Source: a virus
DNA: 64,000 nucleotides
Reading direction: 5' to 3' (one strand)
Virus record (IMG/VR): IMGVR_UViG_3300013233_000109
Coordinates: 8,895 to 72,894 of that record
The notes below the pieces were generated by a model. It was not told the origin of the DNA, did no database searches, and worked only from the letters and a program-made list of their open reading frames with translations. Made by a program: the position numbers and the translations under genes. Shown here piece by piece: positions 10,463 to 22,100 of this stretch (positions are counted from its first letter, which is position 1; the number at the start of each line of letters is the position of its first letter).

Positions 10463-11416
10463 CTATGCTTGTGATACGGTAGCATTTACGTTAGTAGGTG
10501 TTCCCCACGAATTAGCAATTGATGTTGTGCTAGGTTGGCGTAAATCACATTGTGATGTTAGCGTTCCACCTACTATATCTAAAGTTGCGTTAAAAGCTTC
10601 GTCTGCTGCTGCGTCAACAAATTGTACTTCAAATACTACGTTGTTACTTGCTGTTGATTTAACAAATATCTCAATATAGTTAGCAGTATAAGGAGCAGTA
10701 TCGGCAAATTGCTTAAATATTGATACGTTTGAGGCTGTTATATCCGCAATGCCTGTTGCTGCTGCGATGGTTGCTGTTCCGGCACCGCCTATTTTATTAG
10801 TGCCAGTGTAAGCAACACCTGCTATAGTCGCTGTATCAATTCCTAGCGAATATACAATAGTACCTGCTTGCGTACACAAGTCGGTCCATTCGGTATTTTT
10901 GTTATTTACTGTTCCGCCGCTTCGTGCAGTATTAATTGCTATTGTGCCGCCTGCGTTAAAGAAACTTTGCAGGGATTCGCCATCTGTGAATGTAGCAGTA
11001 TGTGTTAAAATTGTGCTTGTTGTCCACTCTCCGGTTATTGTTGCAGTATCTGTAATTGCTGCACCTTGTGCTGCTGCGTTTGATGTGTTAGCAAAAACTG
11101 CATCTACGTTTGCTTGCATTGCTGCTATAGCTGAAATTGTTGTTCCTGCTGTTGGCGCTGCAACCGCAGTAAGGGTAGTACCTTGATGCGTTGCTATTGT
11201 GCTAATGCGGTTTACTAAGTCTGCCCACTGTGTAGCTGATATTGTTGAACCAACTGATGTAGCTGCTAATGTGCCAGATTGCCCGTAGCCTTTAGCTCCG
11301 GTGCCTGCTCCCCATATAGTGTTTACGTTTGCTACAGCATGATTAACTGCTGCTCCGCCTTGTACAAAAGTATTGTATTCTGCGCTGTTGATTGTTTGAC
11401 CTGATGCGTATGACAT
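10463..11416 (-). CDS. Putative virion structural (tail/baseplate-associated) protein
   Basis: Ala/Thr/Gly-rich; lies directly downstream of tail fibre genes. Confidence 0.65.
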   Translation of the reverse strand: MSYASGQTINSAEYNTFVQGGAAVNHAVANVNTIWGAGTGAKGYGQSGTLAATSVGSTISATQWADLVNRISTIATHQGTTLTAVAAPTAGTTISAIAAMQANVDAVFANTSNAAAQGAAITDTATITGEWTTSTILTHTATFTDGESLQSFFNAGGTIAINTARSGGTVNNKNTEWTDLCTQAGTIVYSLGIDTATIAGVAYTGTNKIGGAGTATIAAATGIADITASNVSIFKQFADTAPYTANYIEIFVKSTASNNVVFEVQFVDAAADEAFNATLDIVGGTLTSQCDLRQPSTTSIANSWGTPTNVNATVSQA

Positions 11417-11436
11417 ATATTATTTTCCTATTTAAA

Positions 11437-12879
11437 TTAGTTTATGCGTACAATCGCTTCGACTGTACCTTCTGTTACTGTAGATTTATTTTCTAAAGAT
11501 CTACCTATAACGTTAAAAGCAGTTATTTCATTAATACTTGCTGCTCTTGCGAGACCGTTTCCTGCTGAAACTAATCTATCACCTTTGTTTATTTCACCTA
11601 CTACACGAACTGGAACTCGACCACTTAGCGCAACTGGTGGATGTGTTTCATTTGAGCCTGCTTCGCTATTCATCAAGTAAGCTACGTTTGTGCTTATTAC
11701 ACCAAAGACATTGTCTGTTAAATCTGATTGTACAGCTTGTATCTCTGCTGTTCCACCTAATTCAACCACTGTTCCGGGTGCAAGTACTTCGTTAGATTCA
11801 AATCGTTCAGCTAAATCAGCATACTGTGCTGTTGTTGCTGTGCCTTGGAATATGTTTGCAAATAAATCACCCGACACATCACGTGATGCTACTGTTAATG
11901 CGACTGCAGCTGAATTGCGTGTCTGACCATCTAACAAATCAGCATCTAATCCTGACCCACTACCATCAACAGTTTTAATTGATGCTAGTAGTTGTGCTGC
12001 TGTTTGCCCTACTGTAGCAGCATCGACATAACTTTTGTTAGTAGCATCTGTTGAATTAACTGGATTGCCTACATTAATTACTTGATTCCCACTTAGATTT
12101 AAGTCTGCTACTAGTGCCACAGATCCATCTGCTAATAAAGCTGTTGAGTTACCAACTACATTGCTAACTTGTGTATCAACATATAGCTTAGTTGCTGCGT
12201 CTGTGTCGTTAGCTGGGGCATTAAGTCCTGTTAATTCCCCGGCACTAGTGCCTGATATATTTTGTAAATTTACAATACCTGTAATAGCATCGGCACGTAC
12301 TATGCGATCCGTCTCAAATGTCGCACCACTTAGCGGATCAATTAATGATTCTGCTGCGGTAGCTGTACCTTGAAAACGTGGGTCAAGCCCGGCGCCTAGC
12401 GCATCGTCAGCTGCTAGCGTGATGCCTGTTTTTATTGTTGTAAAACCCGAGACACTCACTGATGGGGTAAATTCGGCATCTGGGCTAATAATGGCAACTA
12501 CTTTATTTCCTGTTACAATTTTTACAATATCGTGCGGCACTGATGATGTATCTAATATTTCCTCATCTAACACACCGGTTGCTAAGTTAATAGGGCGAAC
12601 TGGTACGAACCCAGCTACACCGTCTGATACGTTTAGTTGTTTATTTACAGTGTCGTACCATAATTGCCCTTCTATTGGGTTTGCTGGTGGTGTGATGTTC
12701 GCATGTGACTCCAGTAATCTAACGAAGTTCTCGTTAAATACTTCACCGTAATTAGCAGTATTTTTACCAATTAAAGTGATGCTAGTAGTAGAGTCTGCTT
12801 TGCCGTCTGCTAAGATGCCGTCTGTGCTATTTCCTAGTACAAGTGGAGCACCACTGGTTTTGTTTATTATATAAGCCAT
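11437..12879 (-). CDS. Tail fibre protein with C-terminal ADLAE...GRVPV intramolecular chaperone-like (peptidase G2-like) domain
   Basis: GKNTANYGE...LLE..A...P..GQLWYD anchor, DAATKxYVD repeats, GSGLDADLLDG, AQYADLAE, LSGRVPVRV. Confidence 0.8.
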   Translation of the reverse strand: MAYIINKTSGAPLVLGNSTDGILADGKADSTTSITLIGKNTANYGEVFNENFVRLLESHANITPPANPIEGQLWYDTVNKQLNVSDGVAGFVPVRPINLATGVLDEEILDTSSVPHDIVKIVTGNKVVAIISPDAEFTPSVSVSGFTTIKTGITLAADDALGAGLDPRFQGTATAAESLIDPLSGATFETDRIVRADAITGIVNLQNISGTSAGELTGLNAPANDTDAATKLYVDTQVSNVVGNSTALLADGSVALVADLNLSGNQVINVGNPVNSTDATNKSYVDAATVGQTAAQLLASIKTVDGSGSGLDADLLDGQTRNSAAVALTVASRDVSGDLFANIFQGTATTAQYADLAERFESNEVLAPGTVVELGGTAEIQAVQSDLTDNVFGVISTNVAYLMNSEAGSNETHPPVALSGRVPVRVVGEINKGDRLVSAGNGLARAASINEITAFNVIGRSLENKSTVTEGTVEAIVRIN

Positions 12880-12934
12880 GAATTTTTTCCTGTTATTCGT
12901 TGTTTGTATTTATGCATTTCTAATACTAAGCATA

Positions 12935-13144
12935 TTATGTCGGTGGATTAATATCAGCTTTCATTACTGCTAAATTGTTAGCAAAATCAACTTCTACCGC
13001 ATTTTCCATTGTTGTGTTTATGTAGGTTGTATATTCTAAGTATTCCGGAGTTAGATTTTCTTCACTAGTGAATATAATTTCTACTCCGTCGCTATCTCGT
13101 GTCACGCCAATGATATTATCATTAACCATTATAAATGTATACAT
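12935..13144 (-). CDS. Small hypothetical protein, possible fibre/adhesin chaperone
   Basis: Start overlaps the stop of the adhesin gene. Confidence 0.6.
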   Translation of the reverse strand: MYTFIMVNDNIIGVTRDSDGVEIIFTSEENLTPEYLEYTTYINTTMENAVEVDFANNLAVMKADINPPT

Positions 13145-14016
13145 TATACTGCTACTCCTCGTCTATCGCCATTAACTAACCACGTAACAAAACTCGCACC
13201 GTCAACATAAGCTCCGGCTCGACCAGTATGCCCGGTAGAATTGAAATTACCACCGTATATGCCGTTTTGCCCTAGTGCGCCACCTGTTGCTGGATATGTG
13301 TTGCCGTGTGTGCCAAGTCCGCCGGCAAATTTTGTGCCTCTGGATCCGTAACCAGCAGCTGATGGATAGCCGAAACCGCCGTAACCTGGTACTGAACCTG
13401 CTCCGCCACCGCCGCCGATGGAGTTACCACCGCTGCCATCGCCGCCAGCTCCGCCACCACCACCACCGGCTATTAGATTATTATTAGTAATCGATGTGGT
13501 TAGTTGTATAAGTAGCGCGTCGCCGCCGGCATAATGACCGCCGCGTAAACGTGTAGTAGCATTGGGCGTGAGGTAGGATCCACCACCACCACCTGCTCCT
13601 ATTACTTCACCGTTGTTGATTATTGTTAATGTGGATCCTGCTGGGAAGGTGCCCGATGTTATTGCCGGGCCTGCTATTGTTTGTAATCTATTTTGATTTA
13701 CACCGCTAACTGATACAGCTGACCCTACTACTACACCGGCGTTTATTGTTAATGTTACTGCTGTTGGGCCGGGTAATGCAGCACCGTATAATGCTGTGGC
13801 TGCGGAGAATACGTTATAATTGTTTGTATTGGCGGATATTACTAAATTAAGTGAGATTACACTGGACTCACCGTAGAAGTCACTCCACTTTATTGTGCCC
13901 GACGCTGGTAAACCTGAGGACGCACCGTAGTACTCTGTTGGCGAAAATGGATTTGTGCCGCCGAATTCCCCTGTGATATCAGCTGTATTGATCGGCCCTG
14001 TTGTTTGTAATGTCAT
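13144..14016 (-). CDS. Glycine-rich receptor-binding adhesin (gp38-like)
   Basis: Polyglycine motifs (GAGGGGG, IAGGGGGGAGG), N-terminal SDFYG segment, and position just after an S74-chaperone fibre, as with gp37-gp38 of T2/T6-type phages. Confidence 0.78.
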   Translation of the reverse strand: MTLQTTGPINTADITGEFGGTNPFSPTEYYGASSGLPASGTIKWSDFYGESSVISLNLVISANTNNYNVFSAATALYGAALPGPTAVTLTINAGVVVGSAVSVSGVNQNRLQTIAGPAITSGTFPAGSTLTIINNGEVIGAGGGGGSYLTPNATTRLRGGHYAGGDALLIQLTTSITNNNLIAGGGGGGAGGDGSGGNSIGGGGGAGSVPGYGGFGYPSAAGYGSRGTKFAGGLGTHGNTYPATGGALGQNGIYGGNFNSTGHTGRAGAYVDGASFVTWLVNGDRRGVAV

Positions 14017-14017
14017 A

Positions 14018-15505
14018 TTATTTTTTTAATGCTGCTACGTCTGCTTGAAGCTCTTTAATGGCCTCGATTAATAAACCTACTAAGTTTCCATACGCTACTG
14101 ATTTTAATCCACTCTCGGATGTTGTAACCACCTCCGGCAATACTGCTTCAATTTCTTGAGCAATGACCCCGGCGTAGCGTTTATTATCATTGATGTCGTT
14201 TCTTGTAAATGTTACACCGTTAATTTTACCTAGTTTTGCTAATGCATCAGGTATTGTTTCTATATTATCTTTTAAAGATCTGTCGGAGAATGCTGTGATA
14301 TCACCTGTCGAGACAATTGATCCAGCTACATTCACTACTCCTGTTAATTGTGGATTTGCTTTGTTAGCTTTTAGACTCAAATCTGTTTGTAATGCAAATG
14401 CTGTGGAATCTAATCCATCTAATGTGTCAGCATCTAGTCCTGATCCGCTACCATCTACTGTCTTGATTGCTGTTAAGATTTGCGCTGCTGTTTGCGTTGC
14501 TGAATCAACATAACTTTTGTTTGCGGCATCTGCTGAATTAACTGGATTACCTAAGTTAATTAATCTATTATTGTTGAAACTTAAATTGCCGGTTACAGGA
14601 ATAGTTCCATCTGCTGCAACTACTGTTGCAATTTCAGTATCGACATAACTTTTGTTTGCAGCATCTCCTACATTTAATGGATTACCTACATTAATTATCT
14701 GATTGTTACCTAGGTTGAAATCAGCTGCCATTGCTACAGATCCGTTAGCAAATAATACACCCGACAGCTGGCTTGCTGCTATAGCAGATACGATTTCTGT
14801 GTCGACATATAATTTGTTTGCTGCGTCTGTATTGCTTGCTGGTGTGTTAAGTCCTGTTAGTTCTCCAGCATTGGTGCCTGATATATTCTGCAAATTAATA
14901 ATCCCAGTCGTTACGTCAGCACGTACTATGCGATCAGTTTCAAAGATTGCTCCGTTTACTGGGTCAATCAATGAATATGCTGAATCAGCGGTGCCGGTTA
15001 ATGTAGGGGTTATTCCTAGTGCTAATGAATTATTAGCTACTAACTGAATGCCAGGGGATATTGTTGGAAATCCTGCTATGCTTACTGCTGGAGTAAATTC
15101 AGGGTCTGGGCTGATTATTGCTACAATTTTTCCACCAGCTATAATTTTTACTATCTCGTGCTCTGCTGATATTGTATCTAATATCGTTTCATCTAGTACC
15201 CCTGTTGCTAAATCAAGTGGGCGGACTGGCACGAAACCATTTAATTCATCGTATACATTTAATTGTTTTTTTGTTGTATCAAACCATAATTGCCCAGTTA
15301 ATGGGTTTGCTGGTTCTGTTACATTAGCATTAGATTCTAGTAACTTAATAAAATTCTCATTGAATGCTTCGCCGTAATTGGCAGTATTTTTGCCAATTAA
15401 TGATACACTCATTGACGAGTCGGTTTCGCCATCTTCTAATACCCCGTCGACACTGTTAGTAAGTGTTGCTGGCACTCCGTTGGTTTTGTTTATTATGTAC
15501 GCCAT
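14018..15505 (-). CDS. Tail fibre protein with C-terminal peptidase S74 intramolecular chaperone
   Basis: AFSDRSLKDNI...GVIAQEIEAVLPEVV...VAYGNLVGLLIEAIKEL signature; DAANKxYVD repeats. Confidence 0.88.
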   Translation of the reverse strand: MAYIINKTNGVPATLTNSVDGVLEDGETDSSMSVSLIGKNTANYGEAFNENFIKLLESNANVTEPANPLTGQLWFDTTKKQLNVYDELNGFVPVRPLDLATGVLDETILDTISAEHEIVKIIAGGKIVAIISPDPEFTPAVSIAGFPTISPGIQLVANNSLALGITPTLTGTADSAYSLIDPVNGAIFETDRIVRADVTTGIINLQNISGTNAGELTGLNTPASNTDAANKLYVDTEIVSAIAASQLSGVLFANGSVAMAADFNLGNNQIINVGNPLNVGDAANKSYVDTEIATVVAADGTIPVTGNLSFNNNRLINLGNPVNSADAANKSYVDSATQTAAQILTAIKTVDGSGSGLDADTLDGLDSTAFALQTDLSLKANKANPQLTGVVNVAGSIVSTGDITAFSDRSLKDNIETIPDALAKLGKINGVTFTRNDINDNKRYAGVIAQEIEAVLPEVVTTSESGLKSVAYGNLVGLLIEAIKELQADVAALKK

Positions 15506-15532
15506 GAATTTTTCCTGTGTTTATGTGTGTAT

Positions 15533-16174
15533 TTATGCTGCTGATAGTGATGTTAAAGTCTGTATTCTCACTGTGTAATCTATTTGTATCTGTCTGTTTA
15601 ATGATTTCTGCACTGGATGAAAAACAACATGCGTAATTAAACGTGGATTGTTAACATCGCCTGTATATGATTTAAGCCCTAACTCGTCGAATACAAATTC
15701 GCCATCTAGCTGCGTAGCATTATCAAATGCTTGCTGGCCACTTGGTTCTCCGTAATCTAAAAGACACGACACAAGTATATCAGTGTACACTTTGCCGCTA
15801 GTGTGTAACACTGTTAAATTGTTGCGAGTGGTGTCGGTGTTTGCAGTTGAATTGTCATCTACTACTTTACTATAGGTTTCGCTATACAAATCGGCATTTT
15901 GGCCTGTGCTGTTAGCTGGCAAATAAGTAATAACACCAGTAGGATCTACTGTTGTACCACCGTTTCCGAACGACATTTGATATATGTGACCAATGCCCTT
16001 ATTTGCTAACATTTCAGCTAGTGATTCACTGAAATTCTCGTGATGTATAGCATTTTTCTTCTCTAGTATTACTTCACCGGTGGTTGGATCTGTGATTTTA
16101 ATATGCCCCTGCACATGAAAACCAGCATGCTCGTTAACTGGCTTACTTTCTTTAGACTCTTTCTTATCATTCAT
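15533..16174 (-). CDS. Baseplate/tail-collar fibre attachment protein
   Basis: GHIKI...KNAI, FDELGL, THVVFHPVQKS. Sits between the giant wedge gene and the fibres. ATG at 16174 is 5 nt after GATAAATA. Confidence 0.65.
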   Translation of the reverse strand: MNDKKESKESKPVNEHAGFHVQGHIKITDPTTGEVILEKKNAIHHENFSESLAEMLANKGIGHIYQMSFGNGGTTVDPTGVITYLPANSTGQNADLYSETYSKVVDDNSTANTDTTRNNLTVLHTSGKVYTDILVSCLLDYGEPSGQQAFDNATQLDGEFVFDELGLKSYTGDVNNPRLITHVVFHPVQKSLNRQIQIDYTVRIQTLTSLSAA

Positions 16175-16191
16175 GTTCTTATTTATCACTT

Positions 16192-19100
16192 TTAAATACC
16201 TTCATTTTTAATGAATAATGCTTGCTCCGAGAACTGATCTTCTAGTCTCGGTATTTTAACATTAAAGTCGTACGGTTCAGCTCCGAACCCGACTTCCTCT
16301 GGTGGTGCTAAGTTAATAACAATATTATTAATTATAACAATATTATCATTAAATGGATCAAAACCTAAATTATTAATTTCATACCAGCTATTTGCATAAC
16401 TTATAATATCTATGTACATAATGTCGGTTGGTGTAAACACACCTGGGTCACCAATAAATGATAACTCTATATCCGGTAATAAATTAGCTCTATTAAACCC
16501 ACTAGCTGCTGGATCTTTGACATCCAATGGCTTAGTGCCTACTGCTTTAGTTTGAAATCTATTAAATTTTGCATCATTTAACTTAATTGATAATTTGCCT
16601 GTTCTACCATTAAATCCAGGTAGTACTAAGCTGTATCGTACTTTACCACGCGGAGCTGGCTCTTGTATGAAATCATTTACTGTAAATTCTAGTGCTGTTA
16701 ATACTGTAGTTTTTACTGGCACTTGTGTTTCTCTATTAGCATTATAAATTAGACTACCTGCTAAATGGCCGGTGTCGCTTGCTCCGGGTACCGCCTCGGC
16801 ATCTGCCGTTAGCAATACGTTATCGGCTGTAATACTAGTGTCATTTACTGTAAATTGTTCTGGCGTTGTGATCATTGTTCCGGTGCCGGCTGTTCCTCTG
16901 CGTAAACCATATAATGTAGTAGGCGTTTTATTTAAATATGTAATACGTTCGCCGTTTATTGTTATTATTCCGAATAATCCTTGAGATGGTACTGGCGTAA
17001 ATAAATTACTAGTGTCATCTACGTGTATCACCTCATCGCTAGCATACAACGGTGATGATAGTGTTGCTTCTACTGTTGGATGTAGCGTGTAATGCGCATA
17101 ATTGCCTCGCATATCTTGGAAATATCTAAAATCTACGGTCCTGGCATCTGGCGCTTCTATGAAATTACCTTGGTCGATTGTCCCGAATCGTGTACGCACT
17201 GTTAATAATAATGTGTCAAACATTTGCCCGGGCACTAATTCTTCCGGAGCGTGTGAACTGTACGTGTCTACAAATCCGCCACCTACGACGTCAACGTCCG
17301 ATGGGCGAGTGCCGTTATATTCATCTAGCGAGTCTGAATATCCAACTATTGAATACTCATTATTTGTATACACTGTGTTATCTAATATATTTTGCCCGGG
17401 GAATTTACTAGCATATTCGGCATCTAATATATTCTCGTTAAATGTTGGGAATCCAAGATTATCTAATGTTACGTTATCGTACTTACCGAAATCATACGGT
17501 GTTAAATCGTAGCCATCTATTGTATTAAAATCTACACCGTTTATTTGAACTCCTGGGTATTCTAGTCCATTTATTAGCATCGGTATGTTCAAACCTTTAT
17601 CGTTAGCTCCTGGCTCGTAAAATCCCTGTGTTCTGTCCATTCCGCTTAACTCTTCTATATCAACTAACGTATGTTGCGATGGTATAAATTTTTCATCATT
17701 TATATTTAATAAGCCCGAGTTTACTGTGTATACACTACTGTTATATTTTACTAAAATTTCATCGGATATATTATCAAAGGCGATGGTATCAAACGGAGCC
17801 GTGTCGTATCCTGTTGATATTTGCGAACTACTATTAATTCTAGCTAATCTATCTGCACTGGCATTTTCTTCTATTTTTATATAATCAGCTTCGTTTAGTG
17901 GCCATGTATATACATTCGTATTGTATTCATACCTATCATACTTAATGGTTGTTGTAAATGATCTAACTAAATCATTTTTCGTTACTATTCTAGCTGTTGC
18001 GTCTAATCCATTACCTCCCTCGATTAAAACAGTTGGTGTAGTTGTAAATCCGCTGCCCTGGGTTTCGATGTAAATACTTGTTACTAATCCATCGCTATCT
18101 ATTCTTGCTTTAGCAACAGGCAGAATGTTAGCGTCACCAGTGATGGTTATTGTGGGTATTTCTGTATAATTAATGCCAGGGTTAATTAGTTCTATACTAT
18201 CTATAATAATCTGCCTGTTATTAAACCATTGATTATGCGGGTATGCTGACCATATGCTATCGCTTGCTAGTGTATTGCTATCTTCTGTTAATAATAATGC
18301 TCCGTCGTCTAATACTGGACTAATAAATTTGCTGTATGGAGCACTGTATATTGACGGACAATCGAAATCTGTAATTACATTGTCATTTAAATCTGTTGCT
18401 GTGTACGATAATTTAAAGTCTTTGATTTTTGTATGATACGGTTTTACTTCGTTTATATAATCTATTACATAATCTTGGTTGTCTTTGTTAAACACAGCAT
18501 ACGGCAATAATTCGCGTACTTTGTGATTAACATCTATTAGACTAGTTTTATTTAACCAGTGCACATTTTCTTGCTCTGACAGGATATAATTGAATACTGA
18601 TATTAACAATATATTACGCTCAATTTTTAAATCATTAGTTAGTATTTCTTCGTTAATTGATTTTAATATATTACGCAATTCGCTAAGAGGTTCTTCGTCG
18701 AACTTCTGTACTTCGTATACTTCAAAATCGTACCCATAACGTAATAGGCTGTAATCGTACAAGGCCGCACTAAATTCTAGTGTGCCATCTTGGACTGCTA
18801 CTCTGGTCCAGCTATTGTTGCTATATTGATATAATTCCCATTTACTGGCACTGTTGTCTAATACTTTAACAAATGTTACTACATTAAAATCAACCGAGTC
18901 TAGCTCATTGATTGTTTGTACAGTTAATTGTATTTTCTCAGATTTGGAGCTGGCTGTTTTATACCAATCTACTGTTTTCCAGAATCGCGTAGTATCAAAA
19001 CTCTGCACTCTTGTTAACTTTAATATTTTTGCGGGGGTTACCTCGTGTATTGTCCAGAATCCGCCCACTGATTCATTTGATACTACTAAGTATTTGAACC

Positions 19101-22100
19101 CTGCTGGTACTAACGCTAAATTCTGAAATTCGAGTTCTGTGAGATCTTGAACTTTTATGTCATATGTAGTAGGTGATGGCAATGGCTCCTCGGTCTTTAA
19201 AAGAGGGTACACTTTGTTTTCAGCTGCTGGCGTTGTTATTAGTATCGCATTCACTTTTAAGATGTAATTTTTTAACGCTGCTAGTCTGTCTTTAAACATT
19301 GTCTGGCGTGGGCGGAAATTGACACCGTAACGCTCGCTAGCATTTAATTTAATATCCGGCACTTTGTTACCTTGCGTGTCGGCACCTACAAAACTATCTA
19401 ATAGCTTTTTGTATAATCCTGCTGGTAAGAAATCTGTCTTGTGATTTTCTCTAATTAATTCGTATTCTTGGAAAATATTTGCGTCATTTTTAACATTGTC
19501 GAATTCTACGTGAAGCACTGTCTCATTATCTATGTACTTTGATTTTGTATTATATAATCCTACTGTGTTTTTATTAATTATTGCTGCATACGCGATGCCA
19601 GACGATGATGGGCTCTTAATATACGATGCTATTGCTGATGGGCTTAACGTTTTTTCGCTATTAGTTAGAATCGTGTTGCCGTTTTTTACCCAATAATAAT
19701 ACGTTGTCTCTATTACAGTATCTTTAATTTCACTAAGTGATACAAAATTTGTAGTATCTAACACATCTCCGGCAAATAGGGTAGGTGGCACTTTACTCTC
19801 AGTCCATTGATATACATCTACTGAGCTTCCTTTAAACACTGATCCCCATAGATTTGCTGCTACATTAACATCCTTTTGGAAGTAATCTACAAATCTAACA
19901 GTACTGACATCCCACCAGATTTGACCTACATTCGCTTTGCTCCACAATATGCCCGAGGTTGCTGATCCGTATACTGCTGGATCAGTTGGCGTAATATAAT
20001 CTAAGTTTTGTTGGGCAGCTCCTAATATCTTGCCGTTCAATGGGTCAATATAATCTAATCTGCTTAGTATGTCTTCTGACGAGTTGCTGTAGAGATACAT
20101 AGCATTAATCATATTAATATCAGTTTGCGGTTGTTGTGATCTAATTGATTCCCAGTTACGTGCTTGGCTGCTAGCACTATATAATGTAATATGGCTGCCC
20201 GGTGTACTTACTATGATGTCGCCGTCTACTAACGTAGCTTTATTACCGTACAGCGAATTTGACGTTACTGTTGTATTGTATACTTGTTGTCCAAATGCTA
20301 ACTTGCCAGCACTAAATTCAGTAACGTCTTGTAATATATCGTAGGTGTAAATTGCTCCGGATTTTTCAAAAGCATCGACTAATCTCATTGATTTACCGTC
20401 AAATGTAGTACTTCTATTATCAATTGGCGCCAGCTTCTGTGTAGTTCCTGCGCTGCTAACTAGTAAATGATTTTTATTAATATCAATTTCTACAATTTTG
20501 CCAAAATTAGCATTAATTTCGCTAATAGGCGGACGGATGATCTGTGCTGCGTCGTATACTGTAAAGTTCAAATCGCTAAATGCGAACCCAATACCTGGCA
20601 ACACATCTAGCTTACTAGCAAGCGATGTTAATAACTTATTCTTTAATTCGATCATTATCTGATTATTAAATAATCGAGATGTTACATTAGGTATGTTTTT
20701 AGCATTGATATTATCTACTAGATCACTTAATGTTGTTCCTACAAATACATCAATATTATTAATACGGATAGTATCTGTTGCTGTTAGTGATGTGGTAAAA
20801 TTTGATATTATATACCCGTTCATTCTAGCAGTGTTTATATAGCGTGTTACTGTACCTTCGTTTATGTTCTGTGTACTGTCTGTTGGTGAGCCGATATATA
20901 ACGAGCACTGTGAATTACATAAACTTACACTTTCACCAAATGATGAACCTGTTGTTCCTACGATTGTAGCAATTTCAACGTAATCATTAATGTCGACTTC
21001 TAAGAAATCGCCTACTACCGGATTAGCTAATGTTATTACATTTGCTGCTGCTATATAATCTTCTGTGACTATATTATTAATATGAATTGCTCCGTTGCTG
21101 TAATTTCGCAAGGTGGTGTACGATGGCATATTAGCTTCGACTACAAAACGTTCAACTACTCTACTATACACGCGGACGGTATCGGTGTTGTCACCTAATA
21201 CAATCTGACTAGCATTATCTGATACATCGATTGCTGTTACATTTGTTAACGGGATGGTGCCTTTATTTTCGTATTTCAGTATATTATTTAAATTGTATCC
21301 TGTTACTTCGATTCCGTTACTAACAAAGAACCACCTATTGTCTGCGCTAAGTGCTAGTATCTCACCATTAGCATAGGGGATAGTTTCTACCAATGAATAA
21401 TCAATAGCTTTTTCTGATTCTACGCGAGCTATTATTTGTATTTCTGTACTAGTTAATACAATCGCAGTAGTGTCGTTAAATTTAATATCGATTGCTGCTA
21501 TTGCAAATTGTTCCTTTAATACTAACCCTGTAGCTTTTTTAGTATAAGCATACACCGTGGTGTCATCGGCTACAAAGGCTCCGGTGGTGCCAGTACCTTG
21601 TGCTACTATTTTTCCGTAATTATTATTAATAACAGGGGGTTGTGTTGTTTTACTTTCTGCATATAAATCTTGCTTAGCATATACGTGTGATAAATTATCG
21701 TTAGTGTCTACCCATACTTTATCTGTAGAGAATAATTTGTTATCTAAATCTGAATTAGCAATATCGCTCGGAGTGCTTACTCTACTAGATGTTAATAGGA
21801 AAATATTACCAGTATTTTCTATTTCGATTTGCTCAGCATCTAATGAGCCGGCTATTACTATCTTATAATCACTTAATATAGATGTTATGTTGTGAGCTCC
21901 ATTTATTTGCGGGTCAACGTACTTAATTATTATTTTATCATCTGTTACTAAAGTGTGTGGCGAATTAACGTCTATTGTAATCGTTCCATCTAGATTATCA
22001 CTTACTCTGATTATTTCAGGGTTAATGTGTTTAGTGCGATAAACATTCCAGCTATAATCATTGTCTTTTGCTACCCATATAGTAGATCCGTCTACAATGT

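Noticed and set aside
11437-15505. Paralogous fibres as a diversity-generating retroelement or invertible shufflon
   Set aside because: No reverse transcriptase or invertase in the window; the copies are in direct orientation and differences are not adenine-specific
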